Virus record (IMG/VR): IMGVR_UViG_3300044577_000018
Location: 1 to 54,517 of that record
Strand: one strand, 5' to 3'
DNA length: 54,517 bases
Origin: a virus
Taxonomy: Duplodnaviria; Caudoviricetes
The notes beneath the pieces are model-generated. The model did not search any database and was not told the origin of the DNA. It was given only the letters and a program-made list of their open reading frames with translations. A program made the position numbers and the translations under genes. Every line of letters begins with the position of its first letter. The stretch's first letter is position 1. Of the stretch, positions 1 to 8,989 are shown piece after piece.

Positions 1-34
1 GTCAAGGAGGGGTGTAAGGAGAAAGTAGCTGTAT

Positions 35-757
35 ATGCCTAAGAAGGCCGCACCGCGACGCAGGGCTGCCGTCAAGCCTCGTAAGAAGCCTGACAGTAAA
101 CTGCCCAAAACTGACGGTAAACTGCCTGAAGTTGCTGCCCCGCCGCCAAAACGTGGTGATGATCTGCTGTCTAATGCCGAGACGGCGCGACTCCTAGGTC
201 TCAACAGCAACTCGCTCGAGCGGTTACGGATGAAGGGCAACGGAGCGGGACCGCCCTACACCAAGGACTCGAGCGGGCGCATTTGGTACAAGCGATCCGA
301 CGTCACGGCTTACGTTGCGCCAGCACAGGAGTCTACGCGCTTCAACACGCTTGCGCCGTCTCACCTGCCCGAGCCCGAGCCGATACGTAAGGGTAAGCTC
401 TCGAAGCGTAACCTAGCTATCTGCGAAGCGATGGCGCGGACGGGTAATGACTTGGAGCTCATACTCGATCGCTTAGGCGCATCTCGCACGGCGATCGATA
501 CGGATGTACTCGAGCGTCTTATGAAAAGCATAGCTATGTGGCGCGCCGACTCTATCTATCTAACACGGAGGGCGGTCATCTCGAATGCTATAACGTCTAA
601 GCAAATAGCCGATCGGCAAATGGCTGAGAAAATACTAACCGATACAAACGACATTGTAGGCTGGGCTGAGATAGGGGAGAGTACAAGAGATCGGATCATG
701 GCTCTGATCGAGAAGGCAAGGCGGATCGAAAAGCTTAAACGAGAGGGGAAACACTAG
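35..757 (+). CDS. HTH DNA-binding protein, possible terminase small subunit
   Basis: LLSNAETARLLGL...GPPYTK...IWYKRSDV resembles an excisionase/MerR-type HTH; basic N-terminus; AAGGAG upstream; lies upstream of the terminase large subunit. Confidence 0.5.
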   Translation: MPKKAAPRRRAAVKPRKKPDSKLPKTDGKLPEVAAPPPKRGDDLLSNAETARLLGLNSNSLERLRMKGNGAGPPYTKDSSGRIWYKRSDVTAYVAPAQESTRFNTLAPSHLPEPEPIRKGKLSKRNLAICEAMARTGNDLELILDRLGASRTAIDTDVLERLMKSIAMWRADSIYLTRRAVISNAITSKQIADRQMAEKILTDTNDIVGWAEIGESTRDRIMALIEKARRIEKLKREGKH

Positions 758-774
758 AAGCCGAGAGGTGAATT

Positions 775-1164
775 ATGGGTTTGTTAAATACCAGTTTTTA
801 CGTTGAGATGGTTTCGATGGGTGAATGTATCAACTGCGGTGTGCCGATCTGCGCTCCGAGTCCATTCAAAGAGAAGCGCCTTAAGGATCACTCTAAGATG
901 TTCTATTGTATTAACGGGCACGCACAGCACTACATCGGCAAAACCGAAGCCGAAAAGCTTAACGATGTGATCAGAATAGAGCGCTCTAGAAACGAGTTTA
1001 CGCGCGCCCGCCTAGAGCGCGAGCAAAACTCTCACCGCGCCACCCGCGGGCACCTAACTCGAGTCAAGAAGCGGATAGCGTCTGGCGTTTGTCCGTGCTG
1101 CAACCGGACCTTTCAAAACGTAGCGCGTCATATGAAGACGCAGCACCCGGGTTACGGCACGTGA
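775..1164 (+). CDS. Zinc-finger phage protein
   Basis: CxxC, YCxNGH and C-terminal CPCCNRTF..VARHMKTQHP (C2H2-like); GAGGTG RBS. Confidence 0.6.
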   Translation: MGLLNTSFYVEMVSMGECINCGVPICAPSPFKEKRLKDHSKMFYCINGHAQHYIGKTEAEKLNDVIRIERSRNEFTRARLEREQNSHRATRGHLTRVKKRIASGVCPCCNRTFQNVARHMKTQHPGYGT

Positions 1165-1198
1165 GAGCTAATAAGAAGTTTGGGAAAGGGGTCTAACG

Positions 1199-1420
1199 GT
1201 GGCGTGGATCTGGTTTTGCACATACGACAAGGGGCACGGGGTCGATAGAGAGGTTTGCGGTGCCAAGTATCGGAAGCGCCATAAGACTAGAAAGTCGGCT
1301 TACGCAAACGGTCTCCGACACGCACGGCATCCTGTCGGTTGGGTGCGATCCCATGAGGGTTACGTAGTTGTTCGTGAGGTAGATCGTGAGGTAGACGGTA
1401 GCGAGGATATAAGAATATGA
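1199..1420 (+). CDS. Hypothetical protein
   Basis: Fills the gap in the + strand operon; its stop overlaps the next start (ATGA). Confidence 0.4.
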   Translation: MAWIWFCTYDKGHGVDREVCGAKYRKRHKTRKSAYANGLRHARHPVGWVRSHEGYVVVREVDREVDGSEDIRI

Positions 1421-1788
1421 GCGTGTATAGCGCATTTCAACTTCTACGCCTTCGTGTAAAGGGTTGGTTTGTCCGTTGGCTGGTGAAGCGTGCAGGCGGC
1501 TACCCTCGTGTTGACCAGCGCGATCGCGTTGTGGACGTTACCTCTGGCTGGGCCGTACCCAAGGAGTATGGCTCCGATCTAATCAAAGGTAGGTGCTTTC
1601 TCGACGGTGTTGAGGTTACCAACGATACCTATTTCGCGAACGAGACGCTAGGTATTGTAGATCGCTACGCGCGTGATGAGAAGGGTAAACGCTACATTGT
1701 CGACGTCGACGGGGATAAGGAGGTAGCTAGGCAGCCGCGCGCTTATGGGCACGTGCGCATTTATACCCGAGACGAGATACCCGAATGA
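1417..1788 (+). CDS. Hypothetical protein
   Basis: 123-aa ORF coupled to the upstream gene. Confidence 0.5.
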   Translation: MSVYSAFQLLRLRVKGWFVRWLVKRAGGYPRVDQRDRVVDVTSGWAVPKEYGSDLIKGRCFLDGVEVTNDTYFANETLGIVDRYARDEKGKRYIVDVDGDKEVARQPRAYGHVRIYTRDEIPE

Positions 1789-1798
1789 TGATGAGCAG

Positions 1799-2026
1799 AT
1801 GAATAGACGAGAGTTTTTTGCAAAGGCTTTAGCAGTAACGGCAACCGGCATCTTTGCGCCTGAGTACCTAGTACGCGGCCGCTCTATGGTTTCGCTTTGC
1901 AGTGCCAGATACGACCTTGTACCGTCAGAAGTGACCGCTGAGTTTGTAGAGCTGCTTCGACGATATCGGCGATTATACCCGCGTGTATGGGTTGCAAAGT
2001 TTGGACCCGTGTCAGCTCTCCAATGA
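1799..2026 (+). CDS. Small protein with twin-arginine-like N-terminus
   Basis: MNRREFFAKALAVTATG from the ATG at 1799; stop overlaps the terminase start. Confidence 0.45.
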   Translation: MNRREFFAKALAVTATGIFAPEYLVRGRSMVSLCSARYDLVPSEVTAEFVELLRRYRRLYPRVWVAKFGPVSALQ

Positions 2027-3423
2027 TGAACGAGTCTCTCTATGTCGCCGCTCGAGCTCTAACAGCTCAGTCTCCTGCCGTCACACGGCGTGTAATATCC
2101 GATCTATCAGACACAGACGCAAAGGTACTAGCTCTAGCCCTTACGTACGACTGGCACGCCATACGGCGCAAAAAGCAAGTACTGCCACCGGGCGACTGGC
2201 TTTGGTGTTTGTTCTCATGCGGCAGAGGGTGGGGGAAAACCCGAGTCTCTATGGAGTTACTACGTGAGTTCGCGGAAAACGGAGAGGACGAATACGTAGC
2301 CGTTATAGCCGCGACGCACCTAACCCTGCGGCGAGATCTCATATACGGTCCGTCTGGTATTATGCGTATATCGCCGCCGTGGTTTCGCCCGACCCTCACA
2401 AAAGACGTACTATGGTGGCCTACTCATCCTGTAACAGGTGTCCGCATGCGAGCTAACCTTATGTCGGGCGAAAAGCCGGATCGTATCCGTGGTGACGAGG
2501 TGTCCAAGGCACTACTAGACGAAATGACCACTTGGCAAAACCCGTACGATGCGTGGACTCAGGTGGAGTTGATACTACGGCGTGGGAGCGACCGACAAGG
2601 TATTATCACCTGCACTCAAAAGCGCAGCGGTGCCGGCTCTCTATTCTCGCGCGATCTTCTGTGGGGTCCGCGCAGCAAAGAGGATAACGTGCGTCGTCAG
2701 CGCCCTGATATGATCGTTGTCCAAGGCAGTACCTACGAGAATGATGCGCTCGATCAGAAGACTCGAGACGGTTTCATGAGGCGCTTCGAGGGAACAGCTG
2801 ATGCGGTTACCGAGCTCGAGGGTGGGCTACCTAAGGAAGCTGAGGGCGCCTTGTGGACGCCGGAAAGCATACAGGAATTCCGCGTCCCAGCCATACCGGC
2901 CGGCGTTACGCTCGAACGGATAGTTACAGCCGTCGACCCGACTAGACAACGCGTGGGCGCGGGTGACTTAGCAGGCATCATGACCGGTGCTCTGGGTAGC
3001 GATAAGCATGCTTATGTTTACGCGGACAATACTCTAGCTGCCGGCCCCGAAAGGTGGATGGATGAAGCGGTAGCCGCGTACGAGATCAACCGATCCGACT
3101 ACGGCGTCTATGAGCAGAACCGGTTGCCGCCCGACTATGTAACACTCCTACGTGAGCGCGCCAACCGGCACGGTCAACATTGGAAGCCTGTAACAGCACG
3201 TAAACAGAAGGTAGAGCGCGCAGAGCCGGTAGCCGCCTTGTGCCGGTCGGGGCGCGTGCATCATGTCGGGTATCTGCCAGAGCTAGAGGAGGAACAATGC
3301 GGTTGGGATCCTCATGAGAACGAAAGGCAAAGCAGCCCGAATAGGATAGACGCTTTCGTGCATCTGGTACGGGAGCTGCTACTATCTGAGCAGGCGCAGA
3401 GGAAGCCGCTGATAGTGCGGTAG
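2023..3423 (+). CDS. terL: Terminase large subunit
   Basis: Walker A GRGWGKT, Walker B LLDE, nuclease motifs AVDP and SPNRIDA; start placed at the ATGA overlap at 2023. Confidence 0.93.
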   Translation: MMNESLYVAARALTAQSPAVTRRVISDLSDTDAKVLALALTYDWHAIRRKKQVLPPGDWLWCLFSCGRGWGKTRVSMELLREFAENGEDEYVAVIAATHLTLRRDLIYGPSGIMRISPPWFRPTLTKDVLWWPTHPVTGVRMRANLMSGEKPDRIRGDEVSKALLDEMTTWQNPYDAWTQVELILRRGSDRQGIITCTQKRSGAGSLFSRDLLWGPRSKEDNVRRQRPDMIVVQGSTYENDALDQKTRDGFMRRFEGTADAVTELEGGLPKEAEGALWTPESIQEFRVPAIPAGVTLERIVTAVDPTRQRVGAGDLAGIMTGALGSDKHAYVYADNTLAAGPERWMDEAVAAYEINRSDYGVYEQNRLPPDYVTLLRERANRHGQHWKPVTARKQKVERAEPVAALCRSGRVHHVGYLPELEEEQCGWDPHENERQSSPNRIDAFVHLVRELLLSEQAQRKPLIVR

Positions 3424-3434
3424 GTGCAGGAGAA

Positions 3435-3653
3435 ATGGACGAAAAAGAAGAAGAAACTAAGGCCTGGAATGCGTGGTTGTGCTGGCTTCAAGATAATGTT
3501 CCAGAGTCCGAGCCGCTCTTAGAGGCGATAATGAATCAAGACGAGGTCGGTTTTCGGTATGCTCTTGCTTTGTTGCCTGCGGCGTTGAAGCGTGTTCCAG
3601 ATGGGATCATGGTAAAGATGCCGATGCCGCCTGTGGATCTGAAGTTGAGGTAG
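3435..3653 (+). CDS. Hypothetical protein
   Basis: AGGAG RBS, 72 aa. Confidence 0.45.
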   Translation: MDEKEEETKAWNAWLCWLQDNVPESEPLLEAIMNQDEVGFRYALALLPAALKRVPDGIMVKMPMPPVDLKLR

Positions 3654-3656
3654 AGA

Positions 3657-3878
3657 ATGGCGATCTTTATTTGGGTTGTCACGAGTGTGCTCTTGGGCGT
3701 GCTCTTGGGTTGTTACCTACGACGGCAAAGGCAGCGATACGAGTACGCGCAATACCTCAAAGCTTGCGAAGACGCTGCCCGTGAACTCTACTTTTTTGGT
3801 CCCGATCGTAGTCAAGAAGAAATACGCCGAGCTAGGCTACATCTAGATATGGTTATTCAAGGGCGCCCAAGGGGTTAG
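3657..3878 (+). CDS. Small membrane protein
   Basis: N-terminal hydrophobic helix followed by basic residues. Confidence 0.45.
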   Translation: MAIFIWVVTSVLLGVLLGCYLRRQRQRYEYAQYLKACEDAARELYFFGPDRSQEEIRRARLHLDMVIQGRPRG

Positions 3879-3882
3879 GGTG

Positions 3883-4011
3883 ATGGGGTGCAGAGGGTAT
3901 AAGCGCATACAACACATCTTCGAAGACTGGAACGTGGAAGATGTGTTGTACGTGCTGTGGTGGGTGGCCGTGATGCTTGGTTTTGTAGGTTATGTTGCTT
4001 TGGGCTGTTAG
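3883..4011 (+). CDS. Possible 42-aa membrane peptide (not in ORF track)
   Basis: Manual translation MGCRGYKRIQHIFEDWNVEDVLYVLWWVAVMLGFVGYVALGC; fills the gap between genes. Confidence 0.3.
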   Translation: MGCRGYKRIQHIFEDWNVEDVLYVLWWVAVMLGFVGYVALGC

Positions 4012-4023
4012 CTCTTTTATATT

Positions 4024-4746
4024 GTGTTGCACATGATAGTAGCCGTCATCCCCTTCCGAGCCAACTCGAAAGGCGTACCCGGTAAAAACACCCGCCTCGT
4101 GGCTGGTAAGCCCCTTTGGGTGTGGTCTCTAGAAGCTGCCGAGCGCGCCCGCTGCGTCGATCGCATTATCATTACAACGGACATTGATAGAGTCTCTCTT
4201 TTCAACCGGACGGGAATTGGTGCACTCGATCAACTCTACACCTCTGCCGGTATCTCGCTTCGGACTGAGTACATACAGCGTCCCGCCGAGCTGGCAACCG
4301 ATACCGCCACTCTAGACGAAGTCTTAATACACGCTGCCGACGCCTCTGTACCTCGTCTACCCGACGACGCAATAATAATGCTACTCCAGCCTACAGTTCC
4401 CGTCCGCCGGCCAGGTCTTCTAGACGACTGCTCTATTCTGTTTTCGCGTTTCCCCGCGGCTAAGTCCCTGCTAACCGCCAACCCGCTACACTACATCTGG
4501 CACGGCGACTCGGGGCGTCTTCTAAACCCGCCGCGCCGGAACCGCCAGGACATGAGCGGAGAGCAGCGCTACTTCCACGAGGACGGATCGGTATTCATGG
4601 TGCGCGCTGGCGACTTACGCGCTACCGGTAGCCGGGTTGTGGAGCCTGTTGTGCTGTTTGAGACTGAGCAGACAGTAGATATAGACACCGAAGCGGATAT
4701 GCGTTTAGCTGCTAGTCTACTCTCGTGCAACGATGGTACGAAGTAG
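4024..4746 (+). CDS. Acylneuraminate (nonulosonate) cytidylyltransferase, NeuA/PseF-like
   Basis: AVIPFRANSKGVPGKN, RPAELATD, LQPTVPVR, EDGSVF and VDIDTEAD are CMP-sugar synthetase motifs. Confidence 0.9.
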   Translation: MLHMIVAVIPFRANSKGVPGKNTRLVAGKPLWVWSLEAAERARCVDRIIITTDIDRVSLFNRTGIGALDQLYTSAGISLRTEYIQRPAELATDTATLDEVLIHAADASVPRLPDDAIIMLLQPTVPVRRPGLLDDCSILFSRFPAAKSLLTANPLHYIWHGDSGRLLNPPRRNRQDMSGEQRYFHEDGSVFMVRAGDLRATGSRVVEPVVLFETEQTVDIDTEADMRLAASLLSCNDGTK

Positions 4747-4859
4747 GGCCGCAACGCATCGATGACGACGTGAAGAGGAGGATCGTTGAGTAGCGATTCC
4801 GCTGCATACTTTCTACTGCACTGCACACCCTCTACCGCACCCCAACATCTAGTTGTCAT

Positions 4860-4889
4860 TTGACATAGCCACCTATAACCGCGCATAAT
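4860..4889 (+). promoter_or_regulatory. Putative sigma70-type promoter for the head operon
   Basis: TTGACA (4860-4865), 18-nt spacer, CATAAT (4884-4889); the -35 overlaps the palindrome TGTCA-TT-TGACA. Confidence 0.5.
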
Positions 4890-5055
4890 TCTCTGGTGAG
4901 GGCAGTGCGATCGCCTGCGTTGTTTAGTCGCCTCTGGCTGTCACCGACGCGGCTCTTTTGCTCCGACGCAGGTTTCCGCTGTAAGGAGCCTGTAGCTCGA
5001 AGCCCATCGGCGGGTTACCGGGTTACAGGCTCCGGCTCAAGAGGGCCTATATTAG

Positions 5056-5961
5056 ATGACGAAGGCTAAGATGGCTAAAACGCCCGCTAACCCCTGCTTC
5101 AAAACCCTCTCAGCGACACTCAAGCAAGACGAGAACGGCGACGGCCGGGAGTTCACCTTTACGTTTTCGTCTGAGGAGCCCGATCGCGACAACGATATTA
5201 TCGTTCAAAGCGGCATCGATCTAACCCGCTTCCGCGAAAACCCTGTAGTGTTGTGGGCGCATAATCAAGGTTTCACAACTCCTCCGCCGCCCGTCGCAAG
5301 GGTTCTGCGTACGTGGCTTCGCGACAACAGGCTCATGGGTACGCTCGAGTTTCCGGTCGCAGGTATACACGCTCTAGCGGACACCTTGCGCGGCCTCGTG
5401 AGCACCGGCTTTCTCAACGCGGTTAGCATCGGCTTTCGGGTGCTGAAGTGGACCTTTGACGAGGATCGAGACGGCTTTGACTTCCTAGAAACTGAGCTAT
5501 TCGAGCTGTCTCTTGTGCCCGTGCCGGCTAACGCCGATGCGCTGATAGAAGCGACTCTAGCAGAAGGAACCTCGTTGAAGCCTCTGGCTGAGTGGGTAGA
5601 GCAGACGAAGAGTATGCTAGATAAGCTAGATGCGGCTGGCAATGCGGAGCTTGTAGCCGAGTCGCCTGATCTGGTTCCCGCGCTCGCGTCTCCGGTAGTC
5701 GAGCCCGTTCTCGATTTTGCGGCTAGCGTGAACACTAGAATGGATGAGGTGTTTGACTCGTTTGAGAAAAAGCTAGCTCAGTACCAACCGTCTCAACAAC
5801 CCAGCCCTATCCAAGCTTCTACTTCTGTATTACCAGTTACTACCACTTCCCGATCCATGACGGATCAAGAGCGCGACACTCTCAAAGGAGTTGTAAAGGC
5901 CGCGCTTCGCGATACGGCCGTTAGTGAGGTGCGTAACCACACAGGGCGGCTGGAAGACTAA
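5056..5961 (+). CDS. HK97-family prohead protease with C-terminal extension
   Basis: DRDNDII, NPVVLWAH, AVSIGF, ELSLVPVPANADA. Confidence 0.93.
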   Translation: MTKAKMAKTPANPCFKTLSATLKQDENGDGREFTFTFSSEEPDRDNDIIVQSGIDLTRFRENPVVLWAHNQGFTTPPPPVARVLRTWLRDNRLMGTLEFPVAGIHALADTLRGLVSTGFLNAVSIGFRVLKWTFDEDRDGFDFLETELFELSLVPVPANADALIEATLAEGTSLKPLAEWVEQTKSMLDKLDAAGNAELVAESPDLVPALASPVVEPVLDFAASVNTRMDEVFDSFEKKLAQYQPSQQPSPIQASTSVLPVTTTSRSMTDQERDTLKGVVKAALRDTAVSEVRNHTGRLED

Positions 5962-5994
5962 ACATCGGACACCTTTAAAAAGGAGTAAAGCCCG

Positions 5995-7290
5995 ATGACA
6001 GAACCGCAAGTTATACCGGCTCTGGACCCCAACAAGGCGGCACCGACACCGGTAGAAACCAAGTTCGATATGGCGGACGTCGCCGATATCGTCAAGCAGG
6101 CTATTGAGGAACATGCGCCCGTTGCGATGAAGGAAGCGATTGCGCCTTATGTCGAAAAGTCTGCAACTCTTGAGAAGTACGCCGACGCTATCGTAGAGTT
6201 AGAGCGTAAAAAGCAAGAGCTAAATACGCCCCCTGGAATGAAGGGTTGCGCTTTTGTTCGTTACGCTCGCCTAAATGCGTTAGGCAAAGGCAACTGGGAG
6301 CTGGGCATTCGCGAAGCCAAGCAACGTAGCGCTTGGGGTCCAGACGATCCAACCGCTATAGCTGCTGAAAAGGCGCTAACGGCTTCCGATCCCAGCGCGG
6401 CCGGTAGCATCATACCTGCTGTGATGGCTGCTGAGTTCATTGAGCTCTTGCGTGGTCGTACTACCGTGCGATCTATCGCGCGTATTATTCCCATGCCTCA
6501 AGGTAATCTCACCTTGCGCAAACAGACGGCGGCCGCAACTGCCACCTACACGGGTGAATCTACAGTAGTCAACGCATCCCAGCAAACAGTGGGCGATGTT
6601 GTTCTCGCCTTCAAGAAGTTGGTCACGATCACTGCTGTATCGAATTCGCTTCTGCGGTTTTCATCTGGTGTAGCGGATGAAATGGTGCGTGACGACCTTC
6701 TAATGGTGATGGCACTCAAGGAGGACCTTGAGTTCATTACCGGAAATGCTGCTTCTAGTACTCCGCAGGGCATACTCAATCGTGTGGCGGATGCCAACAA
6801 GTTCGACGACACGGGCACGACGTACGCGCAACAAATAGCGGACTACGCCAAAGCTATTCGTTTGCTCGAAGACGCTAACATTCCGTTAACGTCTACTACC
6901 GGTTGGTGGATCATGCATCCCCAGATATTCTGGGGTATTTTTGCAACGACCGGGACAACCGAAGACGCTACGTCACCGTTCCAAGCTGGGCTTAATCTCA
7001 ATCCGCCTCAGCTTCTAGGCTACCCGGTACTGAAGACCACTCAGACCGGAGCGTCAGGTGCGTCTACCGGACGTATCTACTTTTGTCACGGCCCTACGCT
7101 ACTGATCGGTGACTCTCTGAATATGGAGGTCACGTCATTCGACGGTGCCTCTTATGTCGACTCTACCGGTACTCTCGTCTCGGGTGCGTCTCGTGACGAG
7201 TCGATCATCAGAGTCGTTAGCGAGCATGACTTCAACATGCGTCATGATCTCGGAGCCTCTATTATTGAAACCGTTACGGTGGGTTCGTAA
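5995..7290 (+). CDS. HK97-fold major capsid protein
   Basis: Follows the protease; coiled N-terminal delta-like region, AGSIIP..FIELLR, YTGE, P.GI, LLGYPV; AGGAG RBS. Confidence 0.92.
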   Translation: MTEPQVIPALDPNKAAPTPVETKFDMADVADIVKQAIEEHAPVAMKEAIAPYVEKSATLEKYADAIVELERKKQELNTPPGMKGCAFVRYARLNALGKGNWELGIREAKQRSAWGPDDPTAIAAEKALTASDPSAAGSIIPAVMAAEFIELLRGRTTVRSIARIIPMPQGNLTLRKQTAAATATYTGESTVVNASQQTVGDVVLAFKKLVTITAVSNSLLRFSSGVADEMVRDDLLMVMALKEDLEFITGNAASSTPQGILNRVADANKFDDTGTTYAQQIADYAKAIRLLEDANIPLTSTTGWWIMHPQIFWGIFATTGTTEDATSPFQAGLNLNPPQLLGYPVLKTTQTGASGASTGRIYFCHGPTLLIGDSLNMEVTSFDGASYVDSTGTLVSGASRDESIIRVVSEHDFNMRHDLGASIIETVTVGS

Positions 7291-7318
7291 TCTGGTTTGA
7301 GATAGAAAGGAGTTTAGA

Positions 7319-7795
7319 ATGTCAAGTGCTCTCATGTTTCGCAAACCGGACTACTTCACTAAGCCCGTACACGGTGGCATAGTTGCGCTCAGAGCGCTGC
7401 TTTCTACAGGTGCGGCGTCCGCTACAGGTTTGACTGTCGACAAGTTGGCCGTGGTAGCTGGAAAACACTTTCAGGGTGTGCTACTCGAGCTGCCCGTGCA
7501 GGTGCTTCTCGATAGCGGGCAGTCACAGACGGTAGCTCTTACGCTAAACGACTCGTCGGCTAGCGGCGGCACTTATGCTTCATTCGCAACCGGCAGCACG
7601 GTGTTTACTAACTCGACTACGGTGACGGGTGTAACAGTTCGAGGCGTGGCTGCGTTGGCGGTAAATCTGATAGGTGCAAAGCAGTGGGTACGCGCTAATG
7701 TGGTATTCACCGGATCGGCTTCTGACACGGGAGGAGATCAGGACGCGAGCAACTTTACGCTCAACTTCGTGGGTCCGAACGAGAGTCCGGCTTAG
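7319..7795 (+). CDS. Putative capsid decoration/structural protein
   Basis: Directly after the capsid gene and before the terminator; beta-rich; strong RBS. Confidence 0.55.
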   Translation: MSSALMFRKPDYFTKPVHGGIVALRALLSTGAASATGLTVDKLAVVAGKHFQGVLLELPVQVLLDSGQSQTVALTLNDSSASGGTYASFATGSTVFTNSTTVTGVTVRGVAALAVNLIGAKQWVRANVVFTGSASDTGGDQDASNFTLNFVGPNESPA

Positions 7796-7812
7796 TTGAA
7801 GGGGGTTTATCG

Positions 7813-7862
7813 GCTAGAGCGCCTTGTACTAGTTGGGTGTGAGGGCGCTCTAGCTTTTTTTT
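7813..7862 (+). terminator. Intrinsic terminator after the capsid genes
   Basis: Stem GCTAGAGCGCC/GGCGCTCTAGC followed by T8. Confidence 0.85.
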
Positions 7863-7877
7863 GAGAAAGGCTGCTTC

Positions 7878-8783
7878 GTGGAACAGACACCGAGAACCGA
7901 ACCGGCTCTGACGAATGCCGACATAGCGGGCAACGGGGAGGGCTTGCCGGCATACGAGCCAAATACCCGTGACACCAGCCCCTTGCGCTCCCTGCGCAGT
8001 AACACGCTAGCGATTGTCGGCTTCTCAGAGAGCACGCGCCACCTGGCACCTTTCGAAGACGTATCCGACGACGCACCCGAGATATGGATATGCAACCGTC
8101 TCGGCTTACAACCGGGTATAACTCGTTGGGATCGCCACTTCGATCCACACCCGCTATCGTGGTCCAAGATAAACCACCATCCCGAGAACTGGCGCACTTA
8201 CTCCGAGTGGTTGGTTAACGACTTCGGCGAGTCTCTGGTTTATTTGCCGTCTTCCGATCCCGAAACTCTAGAAGTGCCTAACGTAGTAGCCTTTCCCACC
8301 GACGAAGTACTAGAGGAAGTAAAACGTAAATACTTCGCCTCGGCTATCGGTTGGCAACTCGGCCTGGCTCTGCTACTACATACCCGCTACGGTGCTCCTA
8401 CTCGTATAGAGCTCTACGGCATTGATCTAAGATCCGCTGCCGAGTATGAGTACCAGCGGCCTAATGTAGAGTGGTTGTGCGGTATAGCTGAGGGTCGCGG
8501 CATAGAAGTTGTTATACCCGACGAGTCGGCACTACTCAACCAAGACGGCCGTAGCCCGCTTTACGGCTTCGAGATCTACTCCGGTCACTCGGGTAACTTG
8601 GGCATGGGTTCTATGGAAAAGGCTTTAGAGGAGCGCATTACGGAAATAGTCGCTAAAACGAAAGAGCTTAGGGCCCACCACGACGCTACTTTACGCGAAA
8701 TGAGCACATGGGACGGTGCGCTACAGGATAGCAAGGCATGGCACGAAAGAGTCGTACAGTATCGAAGGGGCGGAAAGCTTTAA
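7878..8783 (+). CDS. Putative Maf/GT42 (sialyltransferase-like) fold protein
   Basis: AIVGF...IWICN...YFASAIGWQLGLA...RIELYGID..EY resembles the Cst-II/Maf signature (EIYLxGxD). Confidence 0.5.
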   Translation: MEQTPRTEPALTNADIAGNGEGLPAYEPNTRDTSPLRSLRSNTLAIVGFSESTRHLAPFEDVSDDAPEIWICNRLGLQPGITRWDRHFDPHPLSWSKINHHPENWRTYSEWLVNDFGESLVYLPSSDPETLEVPNVVAFPTDEVLEEVKRKYFASAIGWQLGLALLLHTRYGAPTRIELYGIDLRSAAEYEYQRPNVEWLCGIAEGRGIEVVIPDESALLNQDGRSPLYGFEIYSGHSGNLGMGSMEKALEERITEIVAKTKELRAHHDATLREMSTWDGALQDSKAWHERVVQYRRGGKL

Positions 8784-8986
8784 AATCCGTCAACCAAGTC
8801 AAAGTACGCATGCTGCGTACGGTTGGCAAATGTAAGGTAGGTGGGGTATATAGCTTTGCGCACTACCGTGCTATCGAGCTAGTGGAGTCCGGTTTAGCCA
8901 CGCTCAATCTTAACCTACCGCTACCTGCTAAGTCCTATGAGTCACCTGTGGATCGGATGTTGCGTAGCTATGGGACCAAGGGGTAG
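8738..8986 (+). CDS. Small head-tail region protein
   Basis: VKVRMLR...G.VY....AIELVESGLA pattern is typical of small neck-region proteins; true start uncertain. Confidence 0.4.
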   Translation: MARKSRTVSKGRKALKSVNQVKVRMLRTVGKCKVGGVYSFAHYRAIELVESGLATLNLNLPLPAKSYESPVDRMLRSYGTKG

Positions 8987-8989
8987 CGT

